From Phoronis australis (taxonomy: Eukaryota; Animalia; Phoronida): 64,000 bases of DNA. The stretch spans positions 596,576-660,575 of the forward strand of contig NMRA01000082.1 of the NCBI GenBank assembly GCA_002633005.1, written 5' to 3'. The notes below the pieces were generated by a model. The model worked only from the letters and a program-made list of their open reading frames with translations. It had not been told where the DNA came from and did not search any database. Made by a program: the position numbers and the translations under genes. This document shows positions 63,601 to 64,000 of this stretch, in pieces (position 1 is the stretch's first letter; every line of letters begins with the position of its first letter).

Positions 63601-63770
63601 TGAAAGTGTAGCTTGCGACCGCCATACAGGGTTCTGCCCAAAAGGATGTCCGCCACTGCGCTTCGGATTGGCTTGTGATAAGACATGCGCCTGTTATAAT
63701 GGGGACAAGTGTGAACGTTTTTCTGGCACGTGCTGTAAGCTCTCGAATACCAACAGCGGGTGTTCTAAAG
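2072..63770 (+). CDS. Partial 43-exon gene for a large predicted extracellular protein: EGF-like + 3x[2 EGF-like, C-x19-C linker, 5 SEA-like domains] + multiple EGF-like repeats (MEGF10/SREC-type repeats)
   Basis: 43 exons bounded by AG/GT. All introns are phase 1 and all exon lengths are divisible by 3. Junction codons checked by hand, no stops; total 7938 nt. Threefold internal homology corroborates the exon boundaries. No start or stop codon found in the window. Confidence 0.9.
3330..3476 (+). CDS. exon 2, module 1 EGF-a
   Basis: ttttgcag|...|gtgagt; IGCPAGWWGEECKNRCNCVNDVNCANSETGACPDGICKKRFTGPGCAT. Confidence 0.92.
4543..4683 (+). CDS. exon 3, module 1 EGF-b
   Basis: cccgcag|...|gtaagc; TKCDKPKVYGPDCKKPCNCHNDAQCDDLTGKCGKCPPGFSGDDCSS. 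Confidence 0.92.
4868..5047. repeat. Two-copy ~90-bp tandem duplication within GAT-rich low-complexity intron DNA
   Basis: ctgatggatgag(c/g)agattgagactatggtagatggcgac...aatgtatg starts at 4868 and 4958. Confidence 0.85.
6031..6108 (+). CDS. exon 4, module 1 C-x19-C linker
   Basis: ttgtttcag|...|gtaaga; TVCEETFKFHPSSPVYPFSTFYCVD; homologous to 31298-31375 and 46771-46848. Confidence 0.9.
6306..6513 (+). mobile_element. MITE family A copy 1 (CATG...CATG termini, 5-bp TSD)
   Basis: TSD ctctc at 6301-6305 and 6514-6518; homologous to 8900-9144. Confidence 0.75.
6529..8151. repeat. ~600-bp near-identical direct duplication (6529-7125 / 7543-8151) flanking an N gap
   Basis: Both copies run from ccgattagacatctttaga to ctcattaaatgc, with small indels; N at 7126. 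Confidence 0.9.
7127..7497 (+). mobile_element. 3' end of an L1/Tx1-type LINE
   Basis: FNILLLLAKQYIYKERC...P...F...Y..EK..A...F..KW resembles the Tx1-like ORF2 C-terminus; T-rich 3' UTR and aataataaaaaaa tail. Confidence 0.65.
8195..8341 (+). CDS. exon 5, module 1 domain I first half
   Basis: ttgttacag|...|gtaatg; PVIRIRIIPTVTPLPTGYEAINKVDASLQKTLGVKASRPFFPHLNSYK; the most divergent paralog, placed by position and the TLGVxxSR motif. Confidence 0.78.
8900..9144 (+). mobile_element. MITE family A copy 2
   Basis: Perfect 15-bp TIR catgcgcgcacccag/ctgggtgcgcgcatg; TSD cgacc. Confidence 0.82.
9995..10189 (+). CDS. exon 6, module 1 domain I second half
   Basis: tttgaag|...|gttgga; HSWNISIYPPVKKLGQSKLNSELTVEIQRLVDDGKPLFEDLNGNPVTARPGQIVMHPIRYLVDR. 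Confidence 0.82.
10485..10631 (+). CDS. exon 7, module 1 domain II first half
   Basis: cgccgtag|...|gtaagt; KMVRIIAVIDKTILKEEEVTVATDDFFRRIDPTFSRDKTRYVSPFVSP. Confidence 0.9.
11015..11218 (+). CDS. exon 8, module 1 domain II second half
   Basis: tccgatag|...|gtaaga; GTLIVELFPPVSKATTFTSTILDRLQREVY...VTYDFGPKEIPDLVDK. Confidence 0.9.
11968..12120 (+). CDS. exon 9, module 1 domain III first half
   Basis: ttctttag|...|gtaagt; SKVSVSFYVLCKLDVSAQPRVFKYIGNTVQHILGVSRERIENMRSEVTGK. Confidence 0.9.
13900..16822 (+). mobile_element. Decayed CR1-type non-LTR retrotransposon (2A-like motif, APE endonuclease, RT, C-terminal Cys/His motif)
   Basis: Frameshifted motifs GDVEENPGP, FSNINGI, ALSET, GDFNA, EPTR, CDH; RT motifs WKHGIMVPIHKK, FLDIASAFDFVPH, GVPQRSVLGPLLFLVYIN (catalytic YxDD segment not found), HIDYCD; HIFFKC. 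Confidence 0.9.
16825..18306 (-). mobile_element. Non-autonomous ISL2EU/Harbinger-like DNA transposon carrying a THAP domain
   Basis: Perfect TIR agcggatttgcagcg/cgctgcaaatccgct; AT duplicated at both ends (caATtg target); minus-strand MSAKKTYGGYTCCVPGC...KWINNIRR...GH|RVCSEHF; later DHSY motif. Confidence 0.78.
17267..18007. mobile_element. ~740-bp insertion splitting the THAP ORF
   Basis: 8-bp direct repeat gatggccc at 17259-17266 and 18008-18015; ends ctaggcaa.../...ttgcctacta; removing it restores FKPTQGHRVCSEHF. Confidence 0.75.
18309..18687 (+). mobile_element. Probable resumed 3' end of the CR1-type LINE, ending in (TA)n
   Basis: SITLLLNSSPNLDHVFNGFLLSNVSKF resembles CR1 C-terminal tails; AT-rich UTR; microsatellite end. 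Confidence 0.55.
18640..18687. repeat. (TA)n microsatellite
   Basis: ~24 uninterrupted TA units. Confidence 0.95.
18780..18980 (+). CDS. exon 10, module 1 domain III second half
   Basis: ttgttacag|...|gtgggt; TLITFVLLKATGLSTKSMSEALRSWNTKLYKGLVKVFDDNGDVVCTIVTQEPNILPEIIDPAVIDK. Confidence 0.9.
19650..20860 (-). mobile_element. 5'-truncated decayed LINE (RTE-X/L2-like RT end and C-terminal Cys/His motif)
   Basis: KTNVVHF, YKYLGCILD, FNSYVAPVL, TGRY...LCLCCDSGSVEDELHFVFDCSLY; minus-strand tail aataaataaatactactactac. Confidence 0.8.
22656..22802 (+). CDS. exon 11, module 1 domain IV first half
   Basis: tcatttag|...|gtaagc; AKVKTSFTVKCDAVGTKELRGFVRKSLSKALEVAETRLNPIETSSKGD. Confidence 0.9.
23233..23430 (+). 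CDS. exon 12, module 1 domain IV second half
   Basis: ccttttcag|...|gtcaga; HHVSVTILPPTAFSKKKSSKFVEELTSLLFYGELVIKDKFTKVCETDQGIITVEPVGPDPGNVKE. Confidence 0.9.
25262..25408 (+). CDS. exon 13, module 1 domain V first half
   Basis: ctgttttag|...|gtaagt; KDNKVVISLECDSKAFDSKEQLATDALVETMRVHRDRIKELKFHGSGA. Confidence 0.9.
27721..27888 (+). CDS. exon 14, module 1 domain V second half
   Basis: ttttaacag|...|gtatgt; VVLGFTLRPPTTTSPQPSGKALEWLQAVVKAKAFIIKKKDGTNACTGTESTVNPI. Confidence 0.9.
27891..28020. repeat. Degenerate ~45-47-bp minisatellite after exon 14
   Basis: Repeated gtgtgcttctc...ttacgt units; homologous to 42631-42810. Confidence 0.65.
28951..29091 (+). CDS. exon 15, module 2 EGF-a
   Basis: ctgtgaag|...|gtgagt; CPDGFWGENCKNPCNCENDAPCENTITGDCAGGNCKKRFKGPGCAT. 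Confidence 0.9.
29937..30414 (-). mobile_element. Non-autonomous mini LTR element (TRIM-like) with tRNA-like pol III boxes in its LTRs
   Basis: Direct repeats 29937-30085 and 30247-30414; minus-strand LTR begins TG and ends CA; PPT aaggaagggggagt precedes the 3' LTR; PBS-like ttgacgacc follows the 5' LTR; A box tggc(c/a)gaatgg and B box ggttcaagtcc. Confidence 0.72.
30826..30966 (+). CDS. exon 16, module 2 EGF-b
   Basis: cattgcag|...|gtaagt; [46 protein letters not shown]. Confidence 0.92.
   Translation, partial: RLRARRSLYTDQIVISHANVLTMHSATTTVVHVRNVLLGKPETTAL
31298..31375 (+). CDS. exon 17, module 2 C-x19-C linker
   Basis: gattgcag|...|gtaagt; TTCKETYDFYPKSNKYPFNTFYCVD. Confidence 0.9.
32174..32311 (+). 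CDS. exon 18, module 2 domain I first half
   Basis: ttttacag|...|gttata; PTLEVSFRLRDKVSNNVAFNRNVLRALEGTLIVVQSRIISLAVVP. Confidence 0.87.
32406..32649 (-). mobile_element. MITE family A copy 3 (inverted)
   Basis: Reverse-complement homology (gtggacctt; acctttttgtccacttcgccaaat); flanks agatt/agata. Confidence 0.7.
32883..33080 (+). CDS. exon 19, module 2 domain I second half
   Basis: ccattatag|...|gttaaa; GDVQRVHLYIRPPATSSERLGSEVIATLDDLVKGGKRLFEYPVGKAITAKPERLHIRPVLEEPDT. Confidence 0.87.
34094..34240 (+). CDS. exon 20, module 2 domain II first half
   Basis: cgctgcag|...|gtaagt; DMVRILADIDKRAVAKEKLVGVVHQFFRHIDPTFSQDRSRYKRAFVSP. Confidence 0.9.
35388..35588 (+). CDS. exon 21, module 2 domain II second half
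   Basis: cgaacag|...|gtaagt; GKLIVELYKPIASATTFSSTIIKRLQLEFRKDKG...VTYDLGPKTVPPGVVG. Confidence 0.9.
37063..37215 (+). CDS. exon 22, module 2 domain III first half
   Basis: ttctgtag|...|gtaagt; PKVTLSFYVKCQMPISTQSDVFKYIAKTVRDELGVSKERITEMKSTVQGD. Confidence 0.9.
37501..38835 (-). mobile_element. Non-autonomous Kolobok-like DNA transposon with a THAP remnant
   Basis: TTAA on both sides, AGG...CCT termini, ~250-bp imperfect TIRs; minus-strand MPRCCCVPGC...RFPKD...W...VCGKHF...LKKGTIPS with one frameshift. Confidence 0.85.
38987..39190 (+). CDS. exon 23, module 2 domain III second half
   Basis: catttcag|...|gtgagt; SLITFVLLKPTNLSPKKTSDALRDWNKQLYNGMVKVVDDDGNTVCTVTKQE...PAIIDK. Confidence 0.9.
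39843..39989 (+). CDS. exon 24, module 2 domain IV first half
   Basis: cacgtctag|...|gtatgt; QKIDATFMLKCTISETDKLEKYVKDSLARVLAVAKSRLEKIEILKKAD. Confidence 0.9.
40220..40423 (+). CDS. exon 25, module 2 domain IV second half
   Basis: ttcgtacag|...|gttagt; YQISVVILPPTSWSKKKSSEVLKTLRKMLFKAELKISNGDVKICTTDP...PVGPDPPNVKA. Confidence 0.9.
41347..41493 (+). CDS. exon 26, module 2 domain V first half
   Basis: tactttag|...|gtaagc; GNNNVEITMDCDSTTFDSREKLATDTLVKVLQVQRYRIADLKFQQGGA. Confidence 0.9.
42460..42627 (+). CDS. exon 27, module 2 domain V second half
   Basis: ttttgatag|...|gtacgt; VFLKFTLRPPTTTSPQPSGKALKWLQEVVKAKAFIIKKKDGTNACTGTDTTVNPI. Confidence 0.9.
42631..42810. repeat. ~47-bp minisatellite (3-4 units) after exon 27
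   Basis: ctcttgtcac...aagtgtttacgtcac repeated. Confidence 0.8.
44295..44435 (+). CDS. exon 28, module 3 EGF-a
   Basis: tgttgaag|...|gtgagt; CPDGFWGEHCKNPCNCENDAPCENSKTGDCPGGNCKKRFKGPGCAT. Confidence 0.9.
45236..45376 (+). CDS. exon 29, module 3 EGF-b
   Basis: cattgcag|...|gtaagt; [46 protein letters not shown]. Confidence 0.92.
   Translation, partial: RLRVRISSYTDQTVISHAIVLTMHNVTTTLVNVRNVLLGILEKTAL
46771..46848 (+). CDS. exon 30, module 3 C-x19-C linker
   Basis: aattgcag|...|gtaagt; TTCTETFDFYPGSNKYPFPTFYCVD. Confidence 0.9.
47463..47600 (+). CDS. exon 31, module 3 domain I first half
   Basis: cattacag|...|gtatcg; PLLEVSFGLVGKVSNDVSLNKKILRALEGTVKVVQTRITSLLVVP. Confidence 0.88.
47790..51190 (+). 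mobile_element. Decayed THAP-bearing DNA transposon region spanning an N gap (boundaries uncertain)
   Basis: 47871-48065 YC...C...HKFPKD...W...VCAMHF; later RKRLKAAAV after an acceptor at ~48731; weak inverted match gtactagaggtgat / atcaccactagtac; N at 49377. Confidence 0.5.
51390..51587 (+). CDS. exon 32, module 3 domain I second half
   Basis: gattgtag|...|gttgga; GDGQRVQLYIRPPATSSERLSSEVIASLDDLVRRGKTVVEHPPGKQINAKPGRLHIKPVLEEPDE. Confidence 0.88.
52287..52433 (+). CDS. exon 33, module 3 domain II first half
   Basis: cgttgcag|...|gtaagt; EMVRILAEIDKRIVAEETLTSAVDQFFRQIDPTFSKDKTRYKKPFVSP. Confidence 0.9.
52539..52739 (+). CDS. exon 34, module 3 domain II second half
   Basis: ctcaacag|...|gtaagt; GKLVVELYKPIASATTFSSVVIKRLQGKFRKDTG...VTYDLGPKTIPPGVDK. 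Confidence 0.9.
54060..54809. mobile_element. Element with internal ~440-bp-period repeats, resembling Helentron-associated non-autonomous elements
   Basis: ccggtgtg..ccctagtg..aattttagtttttt and cggatttt...atttgg...gatggattcga...ccatctagt occur twice; ends ctcttgtt. Confidence 0.45.
55886..56038 (+). CDS. exon 35, module 3 domain III first half
   Basis: tttttgcag|...|gtatgt; PKVTVSFYIKCKIPLSTQSQVYKYIAKTVRDKLGVSEERIIEMKSTAQGE. Confidence 0.9.
56217..56420 (+). CDS. exon 36, module 3 domain III second half
   Basis: atttgtag|...|gtgagt; SLVTFVLLKPTKLSPKKTSDALREWNSHVYKGIVKVVDDDGNVVCTILKQE...PAIIDK. Confidence 0.9.
57939..58085 (+). CDS. exon 37, module 3 domain IV first half
   Basis: tcgtgtag|...|gtatgc; SKIKARFTLKCTISGTQELKGHVEDSLARVPDFPRSRMENIEIVKKVD. 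Confidence 0.9.
58861..59064 (+). CDS. exon 38, module 3 domain IV second half
   Basis: ttggtacag|...|gtcagt; HLIVVVILPPTASSTKKSSEILKTLRCMLFNEELKITNGDTELCTTDS...PVGPDPTNVKV. Confidence 0.9.
59449..59684 (-). mobile_element. MITE family A copy 4 (inverted)
   Basis: catgcacacaccca...gtggacct...ctttttgcccacttcg...gaacatg, homologous to the other copies. Confidence 0.7.
60613..60759 (+). CDS. exon 39, module 3 domain V first half
   Basis: catttcag|...|gtaaga; NDNKVTISIKCDTTTFVNKEELAKNALLDVLQVELERITNLVMEQRGD. Confidence 0.9.
61204..61368 (+). CDS. exon 40, module 3 domain V second half
   Basis: ttacgacag|...|gtaggc; AVLEFTLRPPTATSSKPSLEALKWLETVVKEEAFIIKNNGGKRMCIGKDMFVNP. Confidence 0.88.
61638..61736 (+). 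CDS. exon 41 (short EGF-like)
   Basis: tgttccag|...|gtaaga; TECPDGMYGLGCKNKCDCGPGQPCDQQGKCAL. Confidence 0.88.
61884..62114 (+). CDS. exon 42 (EGF-like repeats)
   Basis: ttttttaag|...|gtgggc; IKCPDKTFGEKCKYRCECTDTTAVCPPGILRCKSRCKE...CAGGRYGEDCATLCDCKMTIACVDGKCTK. Confidence 0.85.
62517..63770 (+). CDS. exon 43, long exon with ~12-13 tandem six-cysteine EGF-like repeats
   Basis: tttgtag|...|gtgaga; 1254 nt, open in ORF 62483-63790; repeated C-x-C-x(2-6)-C-x(n)-C-x(2-4)-C-xx-G-x-[YWF]-G-xx-C. Confidence 0.93.
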
Positions 63771-64000
63771 GTGAGACGTTTATGAGCTAGTTTGAAGTTA
63801 AACATTTACAATCCTCATGTTAAACATGTAGATCTACGGTACACTACTCCAAAATATTACATGGTTACGCAACATGAGTCGTGACATGTACATGTATCAT
63901 CGTACTCGAAACATATTGTCGTCTTGGCGGCAATATGTGGTCAGTGCTGTCGTCAACGTTAGCACCTGTTGCCGCCTTGTTGACAACATGAGTCGGATGC

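Noticed and set aside
2072-63770. Assigning the symbol MEGF10, MEGF11 or SCARF
   Set aside because: Only the repeat type is shared; no EMI domain, TM segment or orthology evidence, and the architecture differs.
62729-63805. Antisense and alternative-frame ORFs over the long EGF exon
   Set aside because: Shadow ORFs of a Cys/Gly-rich coding exon.

Overview
This is AT-rich animal genomic DNA (invertebrate-like; the taxon cannot be fixed from sequence alone). It is not prokaryotic, and most ORF-track entries are spurious or are exons read through into introns. Nearly the whole window (2072-63770, + strand) is the interior of one large spliced gene. I traced 43 GT-AG exons by hand; every intron is phase 1, every exon length is a multiple of 3, and no stop codon arises in about 2,646 codons. 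No start or stop was found, so the gene probably runs off both ends. The protein is one EGF-like exon, then three copies of a 13-exon, ~690-aa super-module, then a long run of EGF-like repeats of the MEGF10/SREC type. Each super-module is two EGF-like exons, a small C-x19-C linker exon and five ~105-118-aa alpha/beta domains (SEA/ferredoxin-like by pattern), each domain split over two exons. The middle module looks like an unequal-crossover chimera. The introns contain many transposon relics: a CR1-type LINE with a 2A-like GDVEENPGP motif, an ISL2EU-like THAP element nested in that LINE and itself interrupted, a Kolobok-like THAP element, other LINE ends, a mini LTR element whose LTRs carry tRNA-like A/B boxes, and several MITEs. 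Two single-N gaps lie at 7126 and 49377.
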